From IMG/VR virus record IMGVR_UViG_3300027668_000008, positions 1 through 64,000 of that record: a stretch of DNA of 64,000 bases; one strand, 5' to 3'. The notes below the pieces were generated by a model that was not told where the DNA came from, did no database searches, and saw nothing but the letters and a program-made list of their open reading frames with translations. Below, piece after piece: positions 18,469 to 27,496 of the stretch. How positions within the stretch are numbered: position 1 is the first letter of the stretch; each line of letters opens with the position of its first letter. Both the position numbers and the translations under genes were made by a program.

Positions 18469-18850
18469 GACTTGGGCAGACGACTTATCCATGTTAGAAG
18501 GACACGAAAGATTATCTTATCTTGTTGACCTTGCTCGACGAGCAACAACCCTCCCTAGTGAATTGCGAACTGATGAAAGATTAGTCCCAGGATGTATTAG
18601 TAAGATTTGGGTCGAAGTAGGACTGAAAGAAGATGGTATAAACATTTATTACGACAGTGATGCTTTAATCCCTAAAGGAATAACAACAATAGTTTGTGAT
18701 ATCTTTACAGGTAGCAATAAAGAAGAAGCACTCAGTATGAAAATGGAAGACCTAGAACCTCTGGGCTTCACACAATTAGTTACACCACAGAGACGTAATG
18801 GTCTCTACAATCTAATCGGAGTAATACAAAGCAAGATAGAAAGACTATAA
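18449..18850 (+). CDS. sufE: SufE-family sulfur acceptor
   Basis: VPGCISKIW with the conserved Cys; DSDALIPKG; TPQRRNGL. Confidence 0.85.
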   Translation: MIQSKIKTWADDLSMLEGHERLSYLVDLARRATTLPSELRTDERLVPGCISKIWVEVGLKEDGINIYYDSDALIPKGITTIVCDIFTGSNKEEALSMKMEDLEPLGFTQLVTPQRRNGLYNLIGVIQSKIERL

Positions 18851-18853
18851 ATT

Positions 18854-18949
18854 ATGATCACGCACTATAGTAGAGATGAAAATAGAGATAGTACCAAGAC
18901 AGAAACTTGCGACAATACGCTATTCAAAGCAACACCCAACACTCACTAA
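18854..18949 (+). CDS. 31-aa peptide (MITHYSRDENRDSTKTETCDNTLFKATPNTH), not in the ORF track
   Basis: Exactly fills the gap from the sufE stop to the next ATG (TAATG overlap). Confidence 0.35.
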   Translation: MITHYSRDENRDSTKTETCDNTLFKATPNTH

Positions 18950-19503
18950 TGTTTCAAATTAAAGAATTAACACCAGAGATGGATTTAAGCCTAAGTAACT
19001 TCTGTAAGAAGTGTGAAGGACTTGGGTATATGAACAATACATTCTCAGCAATGAAATACGAATGGCTACGCCAACAAGGCGGTATATGGCATTGTGTTTC
19101 TCATGGTGGATTAGAAGCAGGGTATGGAGACATATTAAGTTTGGCAGGATGCCACCCATTGCCTGAAGTAAACGAAAACGCCTGGAGAGTTATGTTTAGA
19201 GGCGTACAGATTCCTGGTAACTATGGACTAGGGTTAAGCAAGTATCATATGAATGCTTTAACTTGGAGATACATATTACCTAAACAAATAGAATTTATAG
19301 GTGAAGACAAAGACATCTATATTACTACTAACATGAACAATGATGCTAGTGGGAAAATGAATAAGACACACAGATTGTTCCAACGTTTAAAAGTGTTGGG
19401 TATGGTAGAACATCATAATGATATGGAGTTATACTTTACAAGACAAAGTGTGTGGAAACTAAACAAAGAGAAGTACATGGAGGTACGAGCTAATGTGGTT
19501 TAA
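18949..19503 (+). CDS. GNAT-like (acyltransferase-fold) protein
   Basis: beta-strand pattern LSLAGCHP..WRVMFRGVQ..GLSK; likely ATG at 18949. Confidence 0.4.
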   Translation: MFQIKELTPEMDLSLSNFCKKCEGLGYMNNTFSAMKYEWLRQQGGIWHCVSHGGLEAGYGDILSLAGCHPLPEVNENAWRVMFRGVQIPGNYGLGLSKYHMNALTWRYILPKQIEFIGEDKDIYITTNMNNDASGKMNKTHRLFQRLKVLGMVEHHNDMELYFTRQSVWKLNKEKYMEVRANVV

Positions 19504-19795
19504 TTGGAATCATCTAAGAGAAGCAGAAAAACATGGTGGCAATAAAGGTACAAATGGGATAGTGTTATATTTTAAACACGCCAGAGTAAGTTTAATTGAA
19601 GCATGGAGTTTGTTTGTATTATGTATAGCAAGTATCCTACACGCAATCTGTCCACCCTTATTCGACTTTAAGTTATTAGAATTAAGATTAAAATATGACG
19701 AGAAGTTATACGACTTTGTCCCTACGCATAAAGCGTGGGATAGTTTAAGAACAAAGATCAACAAAGAAAACAACAAACAAAAAACAAAGGAATAA
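19493..19795 (+). CDS. Small hypothetical membrane-associated protein (DUF6356-like)
   Basis: HL.E....Y..H motif; hydrophobic segment ending ILHAICPP. Confidence 0.45.
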   Translation: MWFNWNHLREAEKHGGNKGTNGIVLYFKHARVSLIEAWSLFVLCIASILHAICPPLFDFKLLELRLKYDEKLYDFVPTHKAWDSLRTKINKENNKQKTKE

Positions 19796-20005
19796 ATGAC
19801 AACAATAACAGGAAAAGTAAAATGGTTCGATGGCGTTAAAGGCTACGGATTTATTGAAAGAGACGACAAAGAAAAGGATGTATTTGTACATTCTTCAGCA
19901 GTAAGAAGTTCAGGAATGGACGGACTAAATGAAGGCGATACATTATCGTTTGAGGTTGAAGAAGGTCAACGAGGATCATCGGCAGTAAACCTACAAAAAG
20001 CATAA
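19796..20005 (+). CDS. cspA: Cold-shock protein (CSD)
   Basis: [20 protein letters not shown]. Confidence 0.95.
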   Translation: MTTITGKVKWFDGVKGYGFIERDDKEKDVFVHSSAVRSSGMDGLNEGDTLSFEVEEGQRGSSAVNLQKA

Positions 20006-20017
20006 AAAGAGTGACGA

Positions 20018-20728
20018 ATGGAAATCAACAAGTTACAAGATATTATCAACGAGGGTACGACTATATGTTCTAGCGGAACAACAGGCAAACCTAAACCTAT
20101 AGAACAAACAGTTGCTAAACTAAAAGCAGGTGACGAAGCCGCTATAGACAGTCAGCGACTTACAAGCAAGTCTAAAGTTTATACAGTGTGTAAGACTACA
20201 CACGCCGGCGGACTACTTGCACAAAGTTTACCAGCAATTCGTTTAGGAGCCGAAGTTGTATTTGATGACTTTAATCCATATCGTTGGGTTAAAGAAGTAC
20301 ACAAGTACACGCATACACACATCATACCTGCACATGGCGAAGCAATTATGAAAACAAAGGGCTTTAAGGACATGGACTTATCCAATGTTTGGATAACTTG
20401 TGGCAGTGACATTGTTCCATGGCATCTTATTAAGGCGTTTGTTAACAGAGGTGCAACGTTTATGTGTAACTGGGGAATGACAGAAGTAGGTCCTTGTGCA
20501 ATCAATACAGTATTTGGAAGTTTAGGCAAGATAGAAGAATATGAAAGCAAAGTGGATCTAAAGGGATCAATGCCTGTACTAGGTGATAGATTCTACTGTG
20601 ATTACCAAATAAGTGAATGGAACGAGTTATCTGTTAAAGGCAATATCTGTGTGTATGATGATTGGTTTAAAACAGGTGACTTAGTCGAACAACATAAGAA
20701 CGTATTATTTTATAATGGCAGAAAATAA
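20018..20728 (+). CDS. Truncated ANL-superfamily adenylating enzyme (AMP-binding core)
   Basis: SSGTTGKPK (A3), WGMTEVG (A5), FKTGDL (A7), ends at GRK (A8). Confidence 0.75.
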   Translation: MEINKLQDIINEGTTICSSGTTGKPKPIEQTVAKLKAGDEAAIDSQRLTSKSKVYTVCKTTHAGGLLAQSLPAIRLGAEVVFDDFNPYRWVKEVHKYTHTHIIPAHGEAIMKTKGFKDMDLSNVWITCGSDIVPWHLIKAFVNRGATFMCNWGMTEVGPCAINTVFGSLGKIEEYESKVDLKGSMPVLGDRFYCDYQISEWNELSVKGNICVYDDWFKTGDLVEQHKNVLFYNGRK

Positions 20729-21434
20729 CCTAATTGTAATAAGTGCTCCAATGGGAGCAAAAGGACATCAAATTGGCAGACTATTGGCTAGTTGCGATAA
20801 TGTTGAATGGTATAATCATAGTGCTAATGGCACAGAACCATGGAAGCCTTATAGGGAAAATCATCTCCATGGTACTGATAACAATTTTACTATATATCAT
20901 TGGAATAGACGCTTTAATGGCTCTAAAGGACATGGTTTAGACGAATATACTGTTCCCCCTGTACTTGATATGGCGAACAGACAAACACAGCGTACGGGCA
21001 AATATGAGCCCATAAACGACTGGAAACAACGTGTGTCTCCCTCTAATTTAATGTATGCATTACATGGACCTTTGGATAAAACTAAAGAGTTTTTTGGTCC
21101 TGCTAAACACATTGTAGTTATACCTAAAGATATGTCTAGACTACTTGCAAGGTTCTGTCAAACAAGTGCCAAGTATTATGTTGATCCAGAGAATCCAGAT
21201 AAAACATTCTTTGATTTATATGAGGGAAATTATATGAATATGCTTGAACATTTAGAACGTGTAGTAGACAACTACAGTCGTAATGTTACAGAAGAGGATG
21301 TCATAATAACAGACCCGGATAAGTTTTTTGTTGAAGAAAACTTCCAAAAGGTCTGTGATAAGTTTAATTTAACTTTTAATGATGATAACTTTGATAAAGT
21401 TATTAAGTTTATTCGAAACCCATGGTTGCTATAA
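20715..21434 (+). CDS. Hypothetical protein, P-loop/sulfotransferase-like N-terminus
   Basis: VISAPMGAKGHQIGRLL resembles the PAPS-binding loop. Confidence 0.4.
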   Translation: MAENNLIVISAPMGAKGHQIGRLLASCDNVEWYNHSANGTEPWKPYRENHLHGTDNNFTIYHWNRRFNGSKGHGLDEYTVPPVLDMANRQTQRTGKYEPINDWKQRVSPSNLMYALHGPLDKTKEFFGPAKHIVVIPKDMSRLLARFCQTSAKYYVDPENPDKTFFDLYEGNYMNMLEHLERVVDNYSRNVTEEDVIITDPDKFFVEENFQKVCDKFNLTFNDDNFDKVIKFIRNPWLL

Positions 21435-22146
21435 ACGTATCTAGTTTCTGATTACTAACCATCATAGAATAACCATCTTCGTTTTTAAGTTCTAACTTTT
21501 TAGAATCCAATGTTAACGGAACACCTTCGACCATTCTAATATACTTTTTAATTATACTATCGTCTGTGTCGACATTAAAGACATTCTTCCAATAGCCTTC
21601 ATTACATACATTCATAGTTAATTTGTTTTCATGAATAAACATTAGATTGTGTCTATTCTCATGGGCCATTGCTTTAATCATTGTTTCTTTGTTAGTGTAT
21701 CCTTCTTTGTATCTAGGATACGGAATATCAAACCCACCTGCCCCAAACCAACCTTCCTCGCACTTTTCATCTGATCTATAAACAATAACAAACTTACTGT
21801 TTGGGAACATCTTATAGATTTTAGGTAAGTCGATACTAAATTGATGACACTTGATAATTTTGTATCCGTCGTTGGTAGTGATCCATGCTCTTTCAATCTC
21901 TTCGAATATCTCTTTCTTAGATAAGCGATCCAATGCATCGAAACTATCACCGAATGGAAAACCTGGACCAAAATAACTACCACGATGTGGGATAATATCG
22001 GGATCGTTGTAGTGTGCGTACTGTCTATCTTCAGCATAGTCTCCGGTATCGAATAGATACTTTTTACTTTGTGCCATTATGTGTGCAACTGCACTCCATT
22101 TACTACCAGGTGCACCTGTAAAAAATACTAGTTTACTTTCGTCCAT
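21409..22146 (-). CDS. P-loop/sulfotransferase-like protein (paralog 1)
   Basis: FFTGAPGSKWS; H.G.YFGP; IIKCH; clear paralog of 23064-23933. Confidence 0.5.
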   Translation of the reverse strand: MDESKLVFFTGAPGSKWSAVAHIMAQSKKYLFDTGDYAEDRQYAHYNDPDIIPHRGSYFGPGFPFGDSFDALDRLSKKEIFEEIERAWITTNDGYKIIKCHQFSIDLPKIYKMFPNSKFVIVYRSDEKCEEGWFGAGGFDIPYPRYKEGYTNKETMIKAMAHENRHNLMFIHENKLTMNVCNEGYWKNVFNVDTDDSIIKKYIRMVEGVPLTLDSKKLELKNEDGYSMMVSNQKLDTFIATMGFE

Positions 22147-22562
22147 TATAAGTCCTCTAAATCTTGTAAGTGTGTATCTAATGCTTTAGTGGCGAATTGC
22201 AATTCAACTGCATATAATAATATTGCTAATCCAAATATAACTAAACTACTTGTAAACAATAAACTGAATATAGAAAATGACTTAATAAAAGCAAAGTACA
22301 TAGCAAATAAGTTGCATATAAATGCAAATGCCGCCAATGTTGATGTTGCCCTATTAAGTCCTAAACGTTTTCGTAGTACAGTTATTTGTTTTAAGTATCT
22401 ATTTGTTGCTTTATCCTTTTTACTTAACTTCTTAGACATTAGTTCGTCGTGTATCTTACGAATTAATGTAGCCAAAGATGTATAACGGTTACCAAAAGAT
22501 ATCATCATTAAGGGTATTGCCGGAAATAAAGCGGCAGGTAATAGTAGTACTGAGTCCATCAT
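22146..22562 (-). CDS. DUF2721-like membrane protein
   Basis: PAIPL.MISFGNRY..LA..IR..H; R.LKQI..LRKR; three hydrophobic segments; likely start 22562. Confidence 0.7.
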   Translation of the reverse strand: MMDSVLLLPAALFPAIPLMMISFGNRYTSLATLIRKIHDELMSKKLSKKDKATNRYLKQITVLRKRLGLNRATSTLAAFAFICNLFAMYFAFIKSFSIFSLLFTSSLVIFGLAILLYAVELQFATKALDTHLQDLEDL

Positions 22563-22645
22563 GTTCCTTATAATATTTGTGTTACGACAAGAACTATGAT
22601 AACAGAAAAAATAAACAACCAACCCTTTTCAGGTAGTTCTTTCAT

Positions 22646-23062
22646 TTACTTGATCTCATAATAATTGCCTGTTTTTTCTTGCTCAGGATTCTTTCCTTGA
22701 TAATCCAACACTGCGGCTTTGATGGCATCTTCTGCCAACACACTACAGTGAATCTTTACTGGAGGCAATGCAAGTTCGGTAGCAAGTTCAGTATTTGTAA
22801 TCTTACCTGCTTGTCCTAACGACATTCCTTTTACCATTGTAGTTAATAAACTACTGCTGGCAATAGCACTACCGCATCCATATGTTTTAAATTTAGCATC
22901 TTCTATGATGCCATTCTTATCAACTTTAATTTGCAAACGCATTACATCACCACAAGCAGGTGCTCCCACCATTCCTGTTCCAATGCTTCCGTCTGTGTCA
23001 TCGAACCTACCTACATTACGAGGGTTTTCGTAATGGTCCATCACCTTATCTGAATATGCCAT
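22646..23062 (-). CDS. iscU: Fe-S scaffold IscU
   Basis: MAYSDKVMDHYENPRNVG; APACGD; GCGSAIASS; LPPVKIHCS. Confidence 0.97.
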   Translation of the reverse strand: MAYSDKVMDHYENPRNVGRFDDTDGSIGTGMVGAPACGDVMRLQIKVDKNGIIEDAKFKTYGCGSAIASSSLLTTMVKGMSLGQAGKITNTELATELALPPVKIHCSVLAEDAIKAAVLDYQGKNPEQEKTGNYYEIK

Positions 23063-23063
23063 G

Positions 23064-23933
23064 TTATTTTCGTCCGTATTTGTTAATTACTTTTACGGTA
23101 GAATCTATTAAGTTTTGATTAATAATATGATCGGTATACTCTACATCTGGATTGTATACCATTGTCATGGTTGCTTTAGTACGATCGTCTAACATATGTT
23201 TCGTATAAGCATCTCTACCTTCTGAAGTATCCAAATCCCAATCACCATCACCTAATTGCTCTGCTAGTGTTTGAATCTTTGGATCTCTATCCCATACATC
23301 TGTGTAACTTACCTGGCCAGGGTCTAAACCTAAGTCAGTATGCAAGTCAGCGAGTGACTTGTATCGTTTAAATTTTGCTCCGGTCTCTGCCGCAAACTTT
23401 ATTGAACACGCATTTTCTATTTTGATTTGTTGTAACATACGTTCATTTGTTTCATACCAATCGTAGTGCGGGTATTCAATGTCAAACCCTCCTACAACTT
23501 GCCACCATCTTAAACATAGTTCGTCAGGTAGATAGTATGCAATAATCTTTGCCTTAGGAAAGCATTTCTTTAAATGGTCAAGTCCGTATGCAAACCAATG
23601 ACTTTTTACAATCTTGATTCCGGTTTCCCAATCACTAAATGCTTTCTTAAATTCTAATAATAATTCTTCTTTTGTCCATGCTTCTAAATTGTCAAACGTT
23701 TTACCAAACTCATGACACGGGCCAAAGTATACACCACGATGCCAACCAATGCCTGCTTTCTTACCATCTTCATATGATGCAGTACGTTCGTATGTACGGT
23801 CATCTGTTTGGTCTGAAAGGTTAATGTCTGGATGACTTGTAATCGATTGGATACTTGCACTCCATCTTGTACCAGGAGCACCTGTAATGATTATAAGGTC
23901 TTCACCTTGGTAATTATCTATTCCATTCTGCAT
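23064..23933 (-). CDS. P-loop/sulfotransferase-like protein (paralog 2)
   Basis: IITGAPGTRWS; HRGVYFGP; IVKSH; W..VGGFDI.YP.Y shared with 21409-22146. Confidence 0.5.
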   Translation of the reverse strand: MQNGIDNYQGEDLIIITGAPGTRWSASIQSITSHPDINLSDQTDDRTYERTASYEDGKKAGIGWHRGVYFGPCHEFGKTFDNLEAWTKEELLLEFKKAFSDWETGIKIVKSHWFAYGLDHLKKCFPKAKIIAYYLPDELCLRWWQVVGGFDIEYPHYDWYETNERMLQQIKIENACSIKFAAETGAKFKRYKSLADLHTDLGLDPGQVSYTDVWDRDPKIQTLAEQLGDGDWDLDTSEGRDAYTKHMLDDRTKATMTMVYNPDVEYTDHIINQNLIDSTVKVINKYGRK

Positions 23934-24441
23934 AAATTCTTCTCTTATTCGGTTCTGGTATCTCTGTACCTAGTTCAACTAATTCAAAACCGTAGTCTCT
24001 ACAAAACGTTTCATGCCATTGTTCGCTCCAATGAAAGAACGGTACTTTATGTGTATTTGGCTTGCCATGGTCACTTCGACCAGGATTGCAACGCCAAAAA
24101 ATCTTACAACTTGGTTTCATGTGGGTAAGAAGTTTTTCAATTTGATTACGAATCTTTTTGTCGTCTCCAAAGTTAATACTTCCTAAACAAAATGCTACAT
24201 CGAATAACTTATCCGATTCAAACTCTTCTAAAGTTACAACTTGATCTGCTTTTGTATTAGCAGGGTCAATGGCTACTAAATTTTTAATGGAACCTTTAAA
24301 CGGATTGAATCCACAGCCTACGTCTAATACCCAATCTCTTTTACGACATTTGTGTACTAAATCATATCCCGACAATGCATACTTATCAAATTCTTCTGTC
24401 CATTCTGTAGAGAAATATTTGTTGAGTTCTTCCTGGTTCAT
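23914..24441 (-). CDS. Class I SAM-dependent methyltransferase
   Basis: VLDVGCG; FDVAFCLGS. Confidence 0.8.
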   Translation of the reverse strand: MNQEELNKYFSTEWTEEFDKYALSGYDLVHKCRKRDWVLDVGCGFNPFKGSIKNLVAIDPANTKADQVVTLEEFESDKLFDVAFCLGSINFGDDKKIRNQIEKLLTHMKPSCKIFWRCNPGRSDHGKPNTHKVPFFHWSEQWHETFCRDYGFELVELGTEIPEPNKRRIYAEWNR

Positions 24442-24442
24442 C

Positions 24443-25111
24443 TTAAGTATTTATTTCATTTATCAAAGGAAATATGTTAGCAATAACTTTCGCACAAGCG
24501 ATAGCGACTTCCATGTGTTCCTTTTGTGTTCCGTTAGCACTACGCAATTCAATGTAGTGAACCCACGAACGTAAACTACCGTTCATATATAATGTTGTCT
24601 TTGTAAGTCCTTCGGGTAATACCTTACGAGCTTGTTCTTTAGCAATGCCTTTTTCAATAGCATTCTCATATGCAACCTTTGAAACTTCTGCAACGTGCTT
24701 TTGTTGTGAGTCCCACCAATGTTGTAAATCTCTGTCATCAGTAGCAATACTGTTTTGTCTATTCTTTGTGTCTTGTAAACGTGCTTCACTGTACTCAAAG
24801 ATATCTCCTTGTGCTTTAGGATCAGCATAACGTTGACTAAATTCTTGGAATGAAAAACTACGGTGCCTTACAATTTGATGTGCAATATCCCTAGTTGTTT
24901 TGATTTCTAAACAAGCACTAACCATTTCTAATGGTGACCAATGCTTATGTTTAATCAAATACTTGATAAGTTTCTCATTTGTTTCTTTATTCATTTGTCC
25001 TGCAGGATTACTTACCCTGGCACAAAAGGCAATGAGGTCTTGTACACTGTCTAATTCTGTGTACTCTTTTACAGGATTACTGTAACTTATCATCTTAACT
25101 TCGGCTGTCAT
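24443..25111 (-). CDS. thyX: Flavin-dependent thymidylate synthase
   Basis: RHRSFSFQEFSQRY; H.SPLE; KEQAR..LP; LR.....Q.EH. Confidence 0.97.
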   Translation of the reverse strand: MTAEVKMISYSNPVKEYTELDSVQDLIAFCARVSNPAGQMNKETNEKLIKYLIKHKHWSPLEMVSACLEIKTTRDIAHQIVRHRSFSFQEFSQRYADPKAQGDIFEYSEARLQDTKNRQNSIATDDRDLQHWWDSQQKHVAEVSKVAYENAIEKGIAKEQARKVLPEGLTKTTLYMNGSLRSWVHYIELRSANGTQKEHMEVAIACAKVIANIFPLINEINT

Positions 25112-25429
25112 TTATAATTCTCCAAGAGTTTGATTTGTTGCTTCGGCTATTATATCCGCGGCTTTAGATGTGTCAATATGCCAGTCGACATACTTAATTT
25201 TATCTTCGATGGTGGCTATCTTGTCGTCTAGTGCTTGTTCCATAGCTCTATAATCAACACCGTGCTTTGACACGATGTCTTTTATATATAAATCTATGAC
25301 TTGCCCATTCTTAAGATGAATGACCATTCGTTGAACGTACTGGATAGGAATATCCTGATACTCAACTCCCTCGAACAAATCTTCCCAATGGTTTATAATT
25401 TGAGATAACCATATAGTTGATGTGGTCAA
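25112..25429 (-). CDS. Hypothetical protein
   Basis: 105-aa ORF packed in the operon. Confidence 0.6.
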   Translation of the reverse strand: MTTSTIWLSQIINHWEDLFEGVEYQDIPIQYVQRMVIHLKNGQVIDLYIKDIVSKHGVDYRAMEQALDDKIATIEDKIKYVDWHIDTSKAADIIAEATNQTLGEL

Positions 25430-25441
25430 AGTGACCTCTCC

Positions 25442-26029
25442 TTATGCTACGGGTGTTGGCGCTTTTGTTGGACGCCCTCTTCCACGTTTCGGTAATGGCT
25501 TTAACTCTTCTGCTTCTTTTAACAAACGAGTTGCTTCTTTTTGCATTGTAGCCGCTTGTGCTCTTAAACTATCTGCAATTTGATCATCAGATAATGGAGT
25601 ACTGCCGCCCGCTGATGGTGGTGCCGATGGATTGTTTACACTCATCTCTGGCATTCTTACATCACGGTTAGTAGGATTTGGAGTTTGTGGTTCGTCGGTT
25701 CCTACAACTGCATTTAGTTCTGATAGTTGTACTCTCGACTTATCGTTTGGTGTTAAAAATACTTCTACAGTTGGAACCTTAACCATTAAGTTTCCTACAT
25801 TAAGAGTATTAAGTAAACCATCTCCGATTACAGTTTTAAATCTGTACACTGCATCAGAAAATGCTGGTGCATTTTGTCCGTCACGTGATTTTAAACATTC
25901 GTTGATTGCATTACGAGGAATTTCTGGTAAAGAATCGATGTATGTAACTAGACAGTTTTCTTTTTCACCAGGAACTGTTCTAAATATTACTGCGACCTTA
26001 CGGTCCTTGTGTATACCAATATGTTTCAT
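25442..26029 (-). CDS. Hypothetical protein with C-terminal coiled coil and AT-hook
   Basis: Ends PKRGRGRPTK; Pro-rich linker. Confidence 0.6.
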   Translation of the reverse strand: MKHIGIHKDRKVAVIFRTVPGEKENCLVTYIDSLPEIPRNAINECLKSRDGQNAPAFSDAVYRFKTVIGDGLLNTLNVGNLMVKVPTVEVFLTPNDKSRVQLSELNAVVGTDEPQTPNPTNRDVRMPEMSVNNPSAPPSAGGSTPLSDDQIADSLRAQAATMQKEATRLLKEAEELKPLPKRGRGRPTKAPTPVA

Positions 26030-26047
26030 TGATTGCTCCTTTTATGA

Positions 26048-26416
26048 TTAAGATACTGCAGATTGATTATTGCTAATCGGGTCTGTCATTGTATCAGTTG
26101 AACTTGGTGTTGCTTCTGTCGGTGCTTCAACATCTACTGCGGGTGCAGTGTCTGGTGTTGCGGCTGGATCACCTGCTTTAGGTATTGCTCCAGTACTAAC
26201 TAGGAAGTTAACTAGGTTTGTGTATGTTGAACCTACTTGTGCCATTTCATTGGCTTCAAAGGCTCCACGTTTAGAACAAATTTGAATAATTTGAACCATC
26301 TTCTTTAAGTCTCCAACACTTAATCCAATTGGTGCTGTCGCATCTACTGGAGTTGTTGACTCAGGTGTTTTAACAGTTGGTACCTTAATACCAGTTGTTT
26401 TATCTTTTTTTGACAT
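26048..26416 (-). CDS. Hypothetical protein with Pro/Thr/Ala-rich tails
   Basis: Core helix L...VQIIQICSKRGAFEANEM; GGAG RBS. Confidence 0.65.
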   Translation of the reverse strand: MSKKDKTTGIKVPTVKTPESTTPVDATAPIGLSVGDLKKMVQIIQICSKRGAFEANEMAQVGSTYTNLVNFLVSTGAIPKAGDPAATPDTAPAVDVEAPTEATPSSTDTMTDPISNNQSAVS

Positions 26417-26432
26417 ATTTCTCTCCGTTATG

Positions 26433-26440
26433 TATAAATA
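26433..26440 (+). promoter_or_regulatory. T4-type late promoter motif TATAAATA
   Basis: Exact TATAAATA 43 nt upstream of the only plus-strand gene in this region. Confidence 0.4.
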
Positions 26441-26482
26441 GTTATATACTACTATTATTATTTATCTTCACAGGAAAAGCCC

Positions 26483-27007
26483 ATGAAATTTTTTATTACT
26501 CTTTTTATTATTCTTATGCCCTTTACTAGTGTAAATGCCGAAGAATACAGTCTTACTACTCCGCCTAAAACTATGGTATACAATTTAGCACAGGCAACAT
26601 ATTATTACAATGTGTCTGGAGGGTGTACATACCTATATACTTTACAGTATAAACACTCTTCTATTGCAACCTTTCTTAATCCAAGCGATAATATTGTAGC
26701 ATTAATGAAAGAACAATCTGCAGAAGTCAATACTTGGATGAAACTTAACCAAATAATGGAAGGTATGCTTATTAAAGAGTTTCAACAAACTTACGATAGT
26801 TTACAATCTTATAAGTTTCAACAATTCCAAGAACTAAATGATTTTTTTGCTAGTAACATTATGTCACTGCATCCTGAAGAATATATAACAAGAATTCTCG
26901 GAGCAACTAATTATTGTATTATGAATAGGAAACCTATTCTTGACTTTATTAATAAAGCAGTTAAGTCTACGCCACCGGAAGTTGATAAGCCAAAGAAAAG
27001 AATGTAG
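26483..27007 (+). CDS. Secreted/periplasmic hypothetical protein
   Basis: Signal peptide MKFFITLFIILMPFTSVNA; AGGA RBS. Confidence 0.65.
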   Translation: MKFFITLFIILMPFTSVNAEEYSLTTPPKTMVYNLAQATYYYNVSGGCTYLYTLQYKHSSIATFLNPSDNIVALMKEQSAEVNTWMKLNQIMEGMLIKEFQQTYDSLQSYKFQQFQELNDFFASNIMSLHPEEYITRILGATNYCIMNRKPILDFINKAVKSTPPEVDKPKKRM

Positions 27008-27323
27008 ATTCCTCTGGTACTTCAAAACCAATTGTAACTTCTACATCATACTTGCTTGTATTCCAATCATTGTGTAAGTTTTCAATTTCATCATCGACAT
27101 CGAATTCTTCCCAGGCATCTTTACTAGTAGACTTGCCATAATCTGATACAGTATACCTGCCATCTAGATTATTAAATATCCAATGTTTGATGTTATCAAC
27201 GATATCGTTATGGGTCTTACCTAATCCCATATAATTAAACTTGTGGATTATTTGAGTAAAGTGTTCTGGCATCATACTTACTTCACGTTGATTAAGAACG
27301 TTTAAAGGATTAATGTCTCTCAT
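26967..27323 (-). CDS. Hypothetical protein
   Basis: 118-aa ORF; ATG overlaps the upstream stop. Confidence 0.65.
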   Translation of the reverse strand: MRDINPLNVLNQREVSMMPEHFTQIIHKFNYMGLGKTHNDIVDNIKHWIFNNLDGRYTVSDYGKSTSKDAWEEFDVDDEIENLHNDWNTSKYDVEVTIGFEVPEESTFFSLAYQLPVA

Positions 27324-27496
27324 TATGCCATTGCTCTACGAGAATCAGACAAATTTAATGTCGTCTTTTGTGCCATTACTTTTGGAAAACATTTCTTACA
27401 AAATTGTACAGGTATAATACCTAACTTACCAATCAATGTAGTTGGCTTGTTATGTGTGAATACTTTTGCACAAACTGAACATTTAGGTTTCTTCAC
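27323..27496 (-). CDS. 57-aa zinc-finger-like protein, not in the ORF track
   Basis: GTG start overlapping the vWA stop; CSVC...CKKC; its TAA overlaps the next ATG. Confidence 0.6.
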   Translation of the reverse strand: MKKPKCSVCAKVFTHNKPTTLIGKLGIIPVQFCKKCFPKVMAQKTTLNLSDSRRAMA

